A model generated the notes under the pieces. That model was given only the letters and a program-made list of their open reading frames with translations. It was not told where the DNA came from and searched no databases. From Owenia fusiformis (taxonomy: Eukaryota): 64,000 nt of DNA. The stretch is taken from positions 15,686,001 through 15,750,000 of the forward strand of contig CAIIXF020000001.1 of assembly GCA_903813345.2 (NCBI GenBank). Direction: 5' to 3'. The translations under genes and the position numbers were made by a program. Positions 1-13,420 of the stretch are shown in pieces (the first letter of the stretch is position 1; each line of letters starts with the position of its first letter).

Positions 1-189
1 TTAAGAAAATTACGGCCATCATATATGTGTTATTTTACGTTTCGCTTGGAAAGTAGTGGAGCGATTAAGATTTTATATATGAATATTTAGAAGAGTATAC
101 ACTGTCTCGTGACAGTTTCAAAACAGATTCCTGGCATTTTCAAAAATGGTAGCCAAAAGGTAGCAGTTCGATGGGACTTGCTACGTCTT

Positions 190-790
190 GGCGTTGCTGT
201 TATCTATTTGCAAATTCGTTCTTACTGAATATTTTGACTTTTTGAGGTGGCAATGAATTCAACATAATATGACACCATAAACCTAGTATTTAGAGCAACT
301 TGTTATAGGATATCTCCATTTCCAGTGAATAATCCATGCCTTGATTCGATTTTGTTTTAACTGGATGTACAGCACTACATGTAAATACATTCAGATTAGA
401 ACACCTGAAAGATATCGAACCAAAGCATGCACATGTACATGCATAGATCATTTAATGGAGACCCGCTTCCCACGTTCTACTTACCTTTTTTATTGTATTT
501 GTATTCTTATTCATGGATGAGTTAATAGTCACTTCCTTTTCTTTTTATTAACTTAAGTCAAGAGTCATTAAATACTCTTTGAGCTCCACTTAGGTAGCAA
601 CACAGTAGAATGAACATTGGTTCATTTGAAAGAATATACAGCTGTAACAAAGAAGAGTGTATTCTTTTTCTATTATTTTTTATAATTGACATTTTGCGTC
701 ATATTAAGTAGAATTCATTGCCACCTCAAAAAGTCAAAATATTCAGTATGAGTAAGAACGGATTTGCAACTAGATAACAGCGTCAACGTC
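190..790. mobile_element. MITE-like element with ~70-bp terminal inverted repeats
   Basis: 194-260 (…ctgaatattttgactttttgaggtggcaatgaattc) is inverted at 711-788. Confidence 0.6.
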
Positions 791-2385
791 ACATTTGTGT
801 TTTATGATTCTTTTTCCTGATCATATTATCATTTTGTTTGGCACTCCATCATCTGTTCCTATTACACATAAGCATACATTCTTGGTGGATCTAGATCTTG
901 ACCAGAGATACAAAGTCGACCTAATAAAACCGTTGCTGTCCATCTCTTAGATTGCTGATAGCATTGACTTCCAGCCGAGTCTCATCTCTATTGTATGTTG
1001 AACTTCCAACAAAGATTGTTTTCATGTGTTCATTAAGGTAGAAGTGTCAAGGGCTTTATCAGGTGAATGTGGGATGTTGTACACTGAAAAGGTTTAGTGT
1101 CAAGACACTCCATGCCATTGTAAAATTTGTTTTCTTTGCTTTGTGAATAGGTGCATCGTGGAGGTGCAATATTGAATTTCCTATTAATCCAGCGACTTTT
1201 TTCTAAGCTGTTGTATAATATATGTCTTTGATTACGGTTAGTGACATTACTGTACATAGTTCTGATTTGTACCAAGGACACTGTGAATGGCATAATTATA
1301 CAAAAGAGAATACTGTGGAAAAATAATTCAATATTGGACAAAGAAAGACATTGATAGAAAATACAATAAGAAACACTGTTTTTTATTTGAAATTTATTAA
1401 ATGGATACATTTTAGCAATTTATGACATTTTAGCAATGATCTGGAACTGCTCCGCATACCTCTCACCACTGTTACCATGACAACGTAACTTTAACACCTT
1501 TAAACTTTATGTGATGAAAAGTCGGAGATATATTGTAAAATGTGTGTGCTCTATAAGGGGTGATATGAGAAATAAATGAATTAATTAATTGAACAAATAT
1601 CTACCTTACTCAATATTATATTCTCATCTAAAATATTCCATATTCCATATACTGATTTTCGGTACTGAAAAGTTAACTATTTTCCATAGTGATCGGCCAT
1701 TTTTCAATTTTTATTATTGTCATTTTTGAAATCTACATATTCATATTATGATAGTCAGGTATGATTCATGCGGTTGCAATCTATCTTAATTAAGGTCAAC
1801 AAATAAGGGCTTTTTGCTGGATCTCCCATTCGCCTATAGTAAAGTAAATTGATAAAAGTTTAAAGGCTACAGGAGGGAATCACTTATTAATTGTAGATCT
1901 GATTCAAGTTTTGGGTTTTTGGTTGTCATAATCTCAAGCAGATTATTTTCATTTTTCTGGACAACATCATGATTATTCATCAAGGAGTCCCCCGTCAATG
2001 TAAGTCAGTGCAAACTTCAGAAGCTTTTATCTCAAAAGTGCATTAAATGAAGTTAAAACAGAACTGATTCCAATAGTATGAAGATATATTTTATGTTATT
2101 TGTGTTGAACAAATAAAACCTAATGCAACCAATGACATCATCAACTGTAGATTCACTGAAATCTAAGCTCTCTATGAAATAGAATACCGCGTGTTTATGA
2201 ATAAATATTATAACTGAAACATCATATTAGTATGGCTTGATGAGAGTTGATTTCCGATACCAAGGTACAGTACTGAGGCCCGGGTATACAATCATTAATA
2301 AAAAATCAGTATTATTCTTATTCAATGTAAGTAATCTCTAATAAAAGAATATACATGTATACACCACGCATTACCAACTCAGTAC

Positions 2386-4795
2386 TAGGGTGGTCCAAAA
2401 TATGGCGAAAAACCAACTTTGTTTCAGATCATCTTCCTCATTTCACTTACTGTTGTCCATGACCTAAAACACCTGCACACCAAATTTTAAGACCCAAATC
2501 ACATGGGAAATTTACCCACGCTTCGACTGAAAATTCGGTTATTTCATGATCTTTTGCTATTTTCGATAAATTGTCATCTCCCTTTTCCTGGTATAATATG
2601 TTTCTATTTTTTCATAATAAACATTTTTGTAGGACTCTTTATTACTTCATAATACTAGGAACCCATACACCAAATGTTGAGACCCAAATCCCATGGGAAA
2701 TTTACCCACGCTTCGACTGAAAAATTCGGTTATTTCATGATTTTTTGCTATTTTCGATAAATTGCCATCTCCATTTTCCTGGTATAAAATGGTAGATGTC
2801 TTTTCATAATAAATATTTTTGAATGACTCTTTATTACTTCATAATACTTAGGAACCCATACATCAAATTTTGAGACCCAAATCCCATGGGAAATTTACCC
2901 ACGCTTCGACTGAAAAATTGGGTTATTTCATATACAATACAATACATCTCTATTTTCCTGGTATTATATGTTTCTATTTTTTATAATAAATATTTTGGGA
3001 GGACTCTTTATTACTTCATAATACGAGGAACCCATGCCCCAAATATGCACCAAACTTTGAGACCCTGGCCCCATGAGAAATTAATTCATGCTTCCACCAA
3101 AAAATTGTGATTTTCTGTGAATTTTCTCCTATTTTCAATAGGTCAACATTAATCTTATATTTAGTTTTTAAACATTTTAGGAGGACATTAATACGTTCTT
3201 AATACTAGGAACCCATACATTTAATATGTACCAAATGTTTAGACCTGAACCCCATGGGAAATTCACGTTTGCTTTGATCATATACTTTTGATTTTTGTCG
3301 TTTAGAGCACCATATCATTGTTGTGTGATGTGCAATTTGTAATAAATTGTATTACACGTTGTCTTAATTATCCTGTTTGGCCTTACATACGTTACATCGT
3401 GAAAGATGGTTATATAGTACTTTAAGGTAATTCCTTATTTTCAGTTTTAATGGCTTCCTAATTGGAGCCCCGTGTTTTTTCAGGAACACATAACTCATTC
3501 CATTCAGATGCACAAACAGTGTATAAACATAGCACATAGTACATTATAGAAAATTACTAACCATCAACTAATAATCTAAATACATATTTGAACTCAGTGT
3601 AAAATTGAAAGAGCTGACCAAGTATGGAATGAGTTCCAGAAATAACATTGGACTCCACTTAAAATTTCTGAACATACAGAATTACCTTAAGTGTTTCTCA
3701 TTGCTCTTCCTATCTTCTACATTGTGTACTTTCAGGGCATGAACATTTTCAGAGAAATGACAACGCTCAGTGGAAGCTCGAATCCCTTGAAGATTTGGTA
3801 CAGGCTTACTGGTTAAAACAGAGACCATGCCATTGATACATTGATCAATCAAAAAATCATTTCTCCAAAGAAAATCAGATTTGATATTTGACCTTACCCT
3901 GCAAAGATGTGAGAAAGAATATGACATCTCACACAAATCCAAACAAAGTCCTGTGATGTATCCCTACTGAAACCAACAAACCAAATCTTCAAGGCATTTG
4001 AGTTGCTGTCGAGTCATCACTTCTTAATATTAACCACAGTATATAAATGTACAAGTAAAAGATCCTAAATTTTCCCCAAACTACTGAATTTGTCGCCTTT
4101 CAATAAGACTTAAAGTCTTGATATTTAGGTGTTTCTTTGGATTAAGAAGGAATTGCCATAATGTTTATTAACATATTATGCCCCTAAAACAGACATCATA
4201 AGCTATCATAAGCACCAGTTTTCAGTCAAAGCATGGGTAACGTTCTCATTGGATTTGGGTCTTAAAATTTGGTGGATATTTGGTGTATGGGTTTTTAGTA
4301 TTATGAACGTAATAAAGAGTCCTCAAAAATGTTTATTATAAAAACATATCGTACCAGGAAAATGGAGACAGCAATTTATTGAAAATCGGAAAAAATTTGA
4401 AAATCACAATTTTTCAGTCAAACCATGGGTAAATTTCCCATGGGATTTGGGTCTCAAAATTTGGTGTTTGGGCTCCTAGTATTATGAAGTAATAAAGAGT
4501 CATCCAAAAATATTTATTATGAAAAATAGAAACATATTATACCAGGAAAATGGAGACAGTAATCTATTGAAAATCGGACAAAACTGTGAAAATCACAATT
4601 TTTCAGTCAAAGCATGGGTAAATTTCACATGGGATTTGGGTCTCAAAATTTGGTGTTTGGGCTCCTAGTATTATTAAGTAATAAAGAGTCCTACAAAAAT
4701 GTTTATTATGAAAAAATAGAAACATTTTATACCAGGAAAAAGGAGATGGCAATTTATCGAAAATAGCAAAAAATCATGAAATAACTGAATTTTTC
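2386..4795. mobile_element. Foldback-type DNA element with arms built from ~190-bp tandem subunits
   Basis: About 5 direct copies of gacccaaatcccatgggaaatttacccacgcttcgactgaaa at 2480-3260 and about 3 inverted copies at 4215-4795; the right end looks truncated. Confidence 0.7.
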
Positions 4796-5031
4796 TTATA
4801 GGTTATGATACAGAATGTAGCATCCATTCTAGACAGAGGAAACCCCAGTCTCATGACTAGTAACGGGTCCATCCTTGGTCCGAGGATAGGTCTATTTCAC
4901 TTCTTTTTATCCCAAACATGAATTTAAGCATATATCATAAATGCTGTCCTTTGGAGAAGGATGCAACGGGTCGAACATTTCAATAGTCACCAGGAAGACT
5001 AATGTCTGGTTTAAAAAATGACTCTATATAG

Positions 5032-5134
5032 CAGGCCCGGGCGGAGGGAGCAAAAATCCCTCCCCCCCTTGTCAAAAGCTGCCCCTTGGTAAAACCGCCC
5101 CCCCCCCCCCCCTAGTAAATCCTGGCTACGGGCC
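5032..5134. mobile_element. Short GC-rich MITE (CAGGCCCG...CGGGCCT), hAT-like
   Basis: Terminal inversions; flanks ctatatag / ttatatag form a near 8-bp TSD. Confidence 0.55.
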
Positions 5135-5286
5135 TTTATATAGACAAACCTCTAGCTCTATTTTGTTTGTCTACGACGATTGAAATGCAGTCATCAATTC
5201 TTTAATCATTTATTGATCACGTGGCCAACGGAAACAAGATGAACAATTCAAAGGACGATTCTCCTGGGCTAATAATTTTTTTCATG

Positions 5287-5610
5287 AAAAATATAGAAAT
5301 ATTACCCAAATTAAACTATGAATATTCAAAAGAGGACATTTAAATCTACAAGATGTAAAAATAACAAATTGGTCAGAAGCAGGGATAACGCTCAATTAGA
5401 CCGATTCAATAAAATACAAGTCTCGATTTGGGAAAAGAAGTTCATCAGTGTACTGCGCTAATATTTTTTTGCGAAAAATCTATCTATATTACCCAAATTA
5501 AATTATAACTATTCAAAAGAAGACATTCAAATCTATGTTATGTAAAAAATTCAAATTTGTCCAAAGCAGGGATAATGCTCATTTAGATTGATGAACTTCG
5601 TTCTCCAAAC
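5287..5610. repeat. Diverged direct repeat, period ~187 bp, 2 copies
   Basis: tattacccaaattaaa...agcagggataa recurs at ~5301 and ~5487. Confidence 0.6.
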
Positions 5611-6192
5611 CGAGAATCGTCCTTTCGAATAAAAACTCTATTTATAATTTACTTTTAAATAAAACTGCCAGTTTTACGGGAGTAACTATTCAAACCTACT
5701 CCTGACAAAATCAATTCTCTTGATGATGTCCCCGTATTATAAAACTGAAAAAATAAGGAGAAATTAATATAATTTGGCATATGTCTGGTTGGTAGTTACC
5801 CAGTACCGCTTTAGATGAGAGTTAGGAAGGATGTTAATGATGGGGAAAATAGTACACTGAGTATGACGGTTTATGGGACCTATTGATTAGCTTTAAGTTT
5901 TAATCCATTGTAATATACGGCATAGCAGCAAAGCGGCAGCGGCAACTGCTTGCCAAAGGGCGTGAGTTTTTGCTCCAGATTGAAGCTTCTCTCATCGATG
6001 AACAGGAAGAACATTGTTTTACAATCCATAAGCGTACTGCACTTCGTTAAATGCAACTCATTTAAGCAAATAGCAAAACCAGGAGAGGTACGAAATTACT
6101 ACATATCAAAATGGACATAATATTAGCTTGACAAACCACAAACCTTGACTCAATTTTGAGCAATCATAAAAAATATTTGCATACTATCCAAT

Positions 6193-6420
6193 ATGCTAGG
6201 CTTACTTCAAATTATGGCGTCCTGTGGACTGTTCTTTACTGGGACTTGTACTGAAGTGACTGACACAGTTATACATCAGGGGGAATACACAAGCGGTGGC
6301 GTTTTCCACTGGCAGGGTAAAGTGGACATGTCAATACCAACTGACCTGCCAGAGGCTATAACGAACTGGAAGATGGTCATATACCTTGAGGACGGAAGGG
6401 AAATCACAAGTGTGACGCAG
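6193..6420 (+). CDS. Exon 1 of CBM-like membrane protein gene
   Basis: ATG, signal-peptide-like start, GTAAGA donor at 6421. Confidence 0.8.
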
Positions 6421-9400
6421 GTAAGAGGGAATGTCTAAATGGTATTAAGTACAGAACTATAATTTGCAGTCATTAGTATTAATTTAAACTGATTAAATTA
6501 CATGTAAACTTAAATCAGAGACATGTCTCTGATTAAATACAATTATCTGATTATAAAATGTCACCACCTTCTTACAAACAGTACAAGAGCGACTAATTAT
6601 TTTAATGATAATCATTTAATTCATGGCAACTGGTAATGTCTAATTAAATCAGAAGATGTCTATATGCCAGTCAAAAAATAGAGGTGACCTAAAGCAAACA
6701 TTCCAGCAATATTTGGTCCGGCATAGAAATTAGACAACGTTGACTAATTAGCTTATTACAATATTTTTAGTTTCACCATTCATAACTGTTTAATATTGTC
6801 AAAATATCAAAATATATAACACATCTATGTAATGTGTGTACGCGGTAAAAATGTCAAGTCAAACAATTTGAACACTACTATAACCTTAACTAGTTAATGG
6901 ACGCAAAGGATAATAATTGCCGACCACGACCCGCTTAATGTCAGGCACAAAAGGGTGGATGATATGACAATGTGTCACATCTTAACCATGATATAAAAAG
7001 ACACACTTGAAAAACAAAAGCCAAGTGTTATTCTATTTTTCCCCAAGAGAGGTACATGTGTTATATATCGGAAAGCACTTAATAAGTCATTTGTTTTATC
7101 AAATAAAGGAGATGATGCAATTTAAAATCTTGCTAATTGACAATGTCACCATGACAACGATATCAGTGATTTCTTGAGTTAATTAGAACAGAAAATTGAC
7201 ATCTAAAATAATCGAAAATTATTGCTGGAACTTTCTCCAGCCCCAATGTTATTTCAGTGGGAGTTTTATCAAAAATTGATAAACCTTTCGCTAATTCTGA
7301 TAATTTTGTCTAAATCTGGAAAATATGTTTTCAATGGACCCCATGTGATTTGAGTATTATCGCTAATAGCGATAATTTTACTTAATTCACTAAAACTTTG
7401 GGGTCTAGAGCAACTGTTCCGAAGAAAAGGGCCCAAGTGAAATTAGCATTAGCTGATAATATCAGCTAAATTTGATAATTATCAAAACTATCGCTTTTAT
7501 CGCTAAACATTTTGGGTCTGGAGTCAATGTTACGAAGAAAAGGGTACCAGTGAAATTTAAAATTGATAAAATCAAAACTATCACTTTTATCGCTAAAAGT
7601 TTAGGTCTGGTTAGGTGAGTTTTAGGTTTAGCAGCTAATGCTAATTTCATGTGTGCCAAGTATCAAAATTATCAAATTTATCGATAATTGACAAAAGTAT
7701 CGCTTTTATTGCTAAAACATTTTCGGTCTGGAGTAAATGTCACGAAGAATAGGGCATAAGTGAAATTAGCATTACAGTGTAGCTGATAATATCAGCTAAA
7801 ATTGATAATTATCAAATTTATCGCTAATTGATAAAAATTACCGATAAATGATAATTATCAAATTTATCGCTAATTGATAAAAGTGAGTTACCGCACCTAA
7901 ATGATTTTGAGGCCAAAATAATCAGTTAATAAGTGGGTTCGTATTTCGTCTTACGGATTCCAAACCTATGATATGAAAAAATCACATTAAAACATAATGC
8001 TATGACCTTCGTTTTATCAGAACCATTTTGAGGTCAAAATAATCAGTTAATAATTGGGTTCGTAATGCAAAATTGCAGGTATTAATACAATAGAAACCTC
8101 TTTGGAATACCTAATCATAACAGAGGTAGATTCGAAAATAATGCATTTCTTTAAGCAGATCGATTGAGTCTTCTCCGAGGCGAAATATCCGTCGATATGT
8201 CGGTCTGCCGTGTGAATATTTGTATTCGCCTTCTTTGTAAAAAAGTCAATTTTTGTTATAATAAAGAAAACATTCCGATACACATCACACCTTTCTTTGA
8301 CAAAGAAAAGTCGACTTGTTGTGGTAACATACAAGAATTATTGGCACATTAGTCCTATTTGCACTAAACAAAGCATTCCAAGACGGTCTGGCTGAGCTCT
8401 TACAAAATTATGCCTCAGTAATATCTGATCTACGGCAACCGTACAACGGCCGTAGCTTGCTAAAATCGAGAGAAATAAACAGTATACAACATAGACAAGC
8501 AGTATTCTATATCGATTTTGTGAAGTTACAGCCGTCGCAAACGTCTACTGCGACCGTAGTCTTCCGTAGAAATTATAACTTGGAGTTATAACTTACTTCT
8601 ACTACCGTCACCGTAGAAATTAAGAGGCCGTAGTTAGACTGCAGAAAGATTCCACGATGGCCGCACGTCGGGCGTACGGTCAACTTGTATCTGCGGTATC
8701 GATTTGTTTGTTTCAATTGACCTTTTCGAACAATAGGATCGCCGTGAGTTCCCTCTGCGGCTGCCTTGGTTTTTGTCAAGAAAAACTACGGGCCGCTACA
8801 TACGCTTACGGTGCGTCATAATTTATCAGCCGTATAGCAACCGTAGTTTTTATGTGTCCTAAAAGTCAAAGTTGCCGTACGGCTGCCGTAGCAAATGTGA
8901 CTGCTAGATACCGCAGAAGGCGACCGTATAAATGTACGAGCTGACAAAATAGAAGACGAGGGGAAATCAATGTCTTGGAAAACGTTAAGTACTTCATCAA
9001 ATATACAAAGGTTTTGAGCTGTAGTCTTACTTTTCAAATGCCTAATAGGAAATGCATTCAATAAATACTAATTACGGGAGACTGGTTCAAAGTAAATATT
9101 TCGAAATTTATCAATTTTCAAAGGTTTTTGCTTCGGCAAGGATAGAACATTTTCAGCATTGGAAAATATACAACATACTCATGTATTTCAATATCATTTT
9201 TGTCGATTGCTGATAAGAGATATTGTACCAAGCTTAAACCTCGGTGAAAATAGGAGGGAGTAGCAAATCCAACCGAACAATGCCATCTTGAAAAGGAGTG
9301 GTATCGATATGGAGAACTGAATTCAATGATGTTTTTCTCTTAAACCAATCATTGAAAAATACACGGTATTTTATGTAATGTTGACTGATTGACAACAATT

Positions 9401-11724
9401 TAATGCGAAAATTATTTAGAAATGTTTTATATAACTGTTTTTGTTAACATTTTTTGTTTTTAGTGCAATTGTTTTTGCTCCTTTCTACCAATTCTTGAGA
9501 ATGAAATAAAATGTCTTTCCGAAACTTGTTGGAACAAAATAACATGTACATTTTTAGACCTCTCAATATTATAGTTATACAAAGGAATTTTTGGTTGATT
9601 TTAAAAAAGTATTCAAAAAATGAAAACAAAATCCCCCCAAAATAGATAAAAATCAAGATAAAACTTTTATTTCATTTACAAGATACTTTTTTAAAATCAA
9701 CCAAAATTTCCTTTGTACAATTGCAATATTGAGAGACCTACACATTGTTGTGTTTATGTCGTTTTGTTCCGATGAGGTTCGAAAAGATGTTTCATTCCAC
9801 TCTGGAAACATGATACCAAGAACAAAACAAGTGTTTGATGTGTTTTCTAAAACAATATAGATGAAGGTATATACAATATATATATTTTCAAATTATACTG
9901 TTTCCATTCAAAAGATGACCATTAAATTGACGATGTGTTTTTTAGATTTTTTATGACTGGTTTAAGAGAAACGTGTTTAAAAAGTTCTCCATATCGCTAA
10001 CACTCCTTTCTTCTTGAACCCAAGGTCTTGAACCAACAAGGAGAATTGGCTCCTAAAGAGGCAACTCCATATCCGACCTTGTCCTTGATCGATATGTCAA
10101 CATTAAAAATATCCTCAATGTCGTTAATTTCTGACATTATGACTTGAACAAAATGAAACCTTAGGTTTGGTATTCGGGAAGTTCCTCCATTTTGTGACGT
10201 TTACGTTACATCAAAGTAACTAATTGTGGAACAGATTTTCCTCGGTACCCCATGAACTATATTGGCCTTAATTAAAATCCCATTCAGTTGGTATTTGTAG
10301 TTTATTTTATTGGCAATTTCGAATTTTCAAAAATACAAAGCTGAGACTCGGATCAAATATGTACAATTGTAAATTTATAGTATTGCTAGATAACTTAAAA
10401 TCGGAAAATTATCTTGAAATAAAGTTGGAACTGTTAGAGGTTTTAGGAAATAGGTTAAAAGGCAGGAGCTCTCAATTCGTCTCCATCTCTCCGTCGAAGG
10501 TGTTTCACCTTCTACTCTCTAGGATATTCGCATTATTCAGCTCGATGGGGTCACCTCTTGAGAACCAAACGAAGTACCTCTTTCCCGGAATCTTTGTCTT
10601 TTGAATAAATCTCCTTGTCTAGAAATGGGAAAGGTTTAGGACTACTTATTTAGTTTTCATTTATGTTCTATGATTTTCAGGTCAATTATGCCGGAGCTTT
10701 TCACAGCATCTGTCCCATCGATCCCACAGAAACTACGGCGAACTACTTTATCCTGAAGCCATACAATGCTGGGGCCCGTGCTATTAGCCCCGGTGCAACT
10801 CTACAATTAGATTTTACAGTGAAGGTCGTGGGTAATACTCGACCACAAGCTAGAGCGGTTCTACTTGTAAACCCAACTAGTGCTTTAGATCCCCTCTGTA
10901 CAAGTCAAGCTCCAGCAGATTCATTAACCACCACAGAAACAACAGACGCCCCAACCACTACAGCAACAGACGCTCCAGCTACCATAACAACAAGAGACCC
11001 TTCAACATTTATAACAATAACAGGTACCATGGTAACAATATCAAGTTATTCAACAACAGACGCTCAAACAACTACAGTAACAACAGAAACTGTACACACT
11101 AGTAGTCAACCAACAACCATCACTACCCAGACAACTGCTACTTCAAATGAGTTAGACAGCTCAAGTTCTTCGGAAGAAAACACCGAATCTACACAAAGTG
11201 CAACGTCCGAATCGACAACGTTGGTATTCGATGATACAACTGACACAATAATATCAGATGCAACGACTGTGCCTGTATCTACAAGGACACTGTTACCCTC
11301 TGTGTATCGTTATAGTTACAGGCGTCCCAAAGCTCTTCAAATGGAGCCAGACGAAGCAGAGAACGCTGCGACGGTGGGAATCATAATGTCAATTTTAGCA
11401 ATATTGCTTATATTGGCCATAGCTTCGGTAGACATTGATGCACTAATAAGAGACATCAAATGGGCACGTTATAACGTAAGATATGGATTTCGGAGATTAG
11501 CTAATATACCTATAGATGCATCGGATCATTACGAACAACGTCGAACAAAATCAAAACGACGAAAAAGCAAAATGAAAGCTTCAGTAGAAGACAATAGGTC
11601 CCCAGTACAGACATTGCTTTGGGAGAACAATAATGATAGAAGAGTCGGTAGACTGGGTAGTTTCAGCGACTATAGACTAAGTATTATCCCAAATCAAGTA
11701 TCACCCGATGAGGATAATACTTAG
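6193..11724 (+). CDS. Type I membrane protein: signal peptide, CBM2/CBM49-like beta-sandwich, Thr/Ser-rich mucin-like stalk, TM helix, basic cytoplasmic tail; join(6193..6420,10681..11724), 423 aa
   Basis: ORF 6193 ends at donor CAG|GTAAGA (6420/6421, phase 0). ORF 10663 has acceptor TTTTCAG| at 10680 in the same phase. Hydrophobic N-terminus, ITNWKMVIYL..ISPGATLQLDF pattern, T-rich tract, TM VGIIMSILAILLILAIASV, AATAAA at 11908. The domain call is by pattern only. Confidence 0.85.
7265..7880. repeat. Degenerate repeat rich in GATAATTATC / TTATCGCTAA motifs
   Basis: Recurrent gataattatcaaatttatcgctaattg and a duplicated block (7400-7500 vs 7720-7830). Confidence 0.55.
9291..10009. mobile_element. 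MITE with terminal (AAAGGAGTG...CACTCCTTT) and internal inverted repeats
   Basis: aggagtggtatcgatatggagaact vs agttctccatatcgctaacactcct; 9455-9610 is inverted at 9690-9830. Confidence 0.6.
10681..11724 (+). CDS. Exon 2 of CBM-like membrane protein gene
   Basis: Acceptor tgattttcag, 347 open codons to TAG. Confidence 0.9.
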   Translation, partial: VNYAGAFHSICPIDPTETTANYFILKPYNAGARAISPGATLQLDFTVKVVGNTRPQARAVLLVNPTSALDPLCTSQAPADSLTTTETTDAPTTTATDAPATITTRDPSTFITITGTMVTISSYSTTDAQTTTVTTETVHTSSQPTTITTQTTATSNELDSSSSSEENTESTQSATSESTTLVFDDTTDTIISDATTVPVSTRTLLPSVYRYSYRRPKALQMEPDEAENAATVGIIMSILAILLILAIASVDIDALIRDIKWARYNVRYGFRRLANIPIDASDHYEQRRTKSKRRKSKMKASVEDNRSPVQTLLWENNNDRRVGRLGSFSDYRLSIIPNQVSPDEDNT

Positions 11725-12418
11725 CAATTTCACAATTCAGATTCCGAGCAACAATAGGCTAGCGACCGAATCACGAAATCAATCGACAAAGTAAACTATA
11801 TATAATGCATCATATATTACCTATATTGTATTAGCCTGTAAAGTACTTTACCTGCCATTATATACTTTTATACAATTCATTGTATTTTTTCACTGAGTAA
11901 AAAGTGTAATAAAATCAATTTTATTTCTTTAGATTTCCGTACACATAGAATTTAAATTAATCCCCAGAGAGCATACAATTACATCTCCATTATCGACCAG
12001 ACATTCATCTTGTTCAGGTTGACATTATAATATAATGTACGCACCCACCCTGAGAGACGATAATCTTGATATGATTATCTGGAATGTCACACATCGATCC
12101 AACAGGTAAACAATGTATATTTTATATGAATTGAAGAACAGCTACAATTACCAGTGATTCAATACAAGTTCAAGGAAATAACAAAACCGATCCCGGTGAT
12201 ATATGCTCGATTGCGCCCGTGACAACGTTTGATTCTGTGTCGCCCCTGGGTTCACGTTTGAATGTGCCATCCCGAATCAAAACGTTTTAACAATGAATTG
12301 CCACGTACTCTTATTTGTCGAGGTCATCTCTCGATTTCTCGTAAGCTTTTAACATCTCTTCATCTCTGGATAAGGAGTTTCGATATGAAACACAAAGGCG
12401 ACGCAAAATACATAATGT

Positions 12419-13420
12419 AGCTTGTATTCGCGAATGCAACTAACGGCTGTGGGTTACCGGATTGAGATACTTTTTGGAATAACTCTCTCAATAATTAAGG
12501 AATCTTCATGATTTTCTATGTGTAGATAGTAAGTCTTATTCAATGGAGAAAAGATTGCTATGCTCGCATATCATCAACCCGGGAGCATCAACAACTTGTA
12601 AATTAAGAGAATCTCACTTTCCGTGGAGGCATGCTCCGACGCAAAATCACTCAATATTGTTGATTAGAAAATCTCTTTCTTAAAATTGATCTAATAAGCC
12701 AGTCAGTTCATCAAATTTGACAAGATTATTTAAAGGAAAATGGATAGACATGACATATTTTTGATTTTTTTGTGTGAAAGCAATCCAAAAGTGCCTCAAA
12801 TGATGGCTTTTTGATGATTTCACCGAGAGCATGCGTCGACGGAATGTGATATCTCTAAATCTGAAAGTCGTTGATGCTATCCAAGTACAACAATCTATGT
12901 TCCATTGAACACTCTATCTACACAAAAGATCACGTAGATTCCTTATTATTGAGAGTTATTCCAAAATTAGTGCGTGGTTTTTTTGGGTCACCCTGCACCT
13001 GCCACTATTCCATTCATATTTAAATAAGTTGGTCATAAAATGGTAGGTTAATCCGGTAGCCGTTAGTTGCATTCGCGATTAACTTTTATTCGCAAATGCA
13101 AATAGCGGCTACCGGATCAACCTTCTATTTCATGGGCAACTCATTAAAATATGAATAGTACATGCCACTATTCCATTTATATTTAAATAAGTTGGTCATA
13201 AAATGGTAGGTTAATCCGGTAGCCGTTAGTTGCATTCACGATTAACTTTTATTCGCGAATGCAAATAGCGGCTACCGGATCAACCTTCTATTTCATGGGC
13301 AACTCATTAAAATATGAATAGTACCTGCCACTATTCCATTCATATTGGAATGAGTTGGTCATAAAATAGTAGGTTAATCCGATAGCCGACAACCGGCATA
13401 TGCATTCACGAATACAAGCT
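12419..13420. mobile_element. Inverted-repeat element containing palindromic 163-bp tandem units, interrupted by a Tc1-like MITE (~12466-12995)
   Basis: agcttgtattcgcgaatgca / tgcattcacgaatacaagct termini; units start at ~12997, 13160 and 13323; related copy at 13803-13920. Confidence 0.6.

Noticed and set aside
1033..1410. 125-aa ORF
   Set aside because: No recognisable motif and no compatible splice partners
3682..3942. 86-aa ORF ending in a donor-like AGGTAA
   Set aside because: No recognisable homology; sits in the core of a foldback element
8430..8900. CpG-rich segment with ACGGC/GCCGT motifs as a promoter or ncRNA
   Set aside because: Short inverted ends suggest an old MITE; its boundaries are too degraded to call
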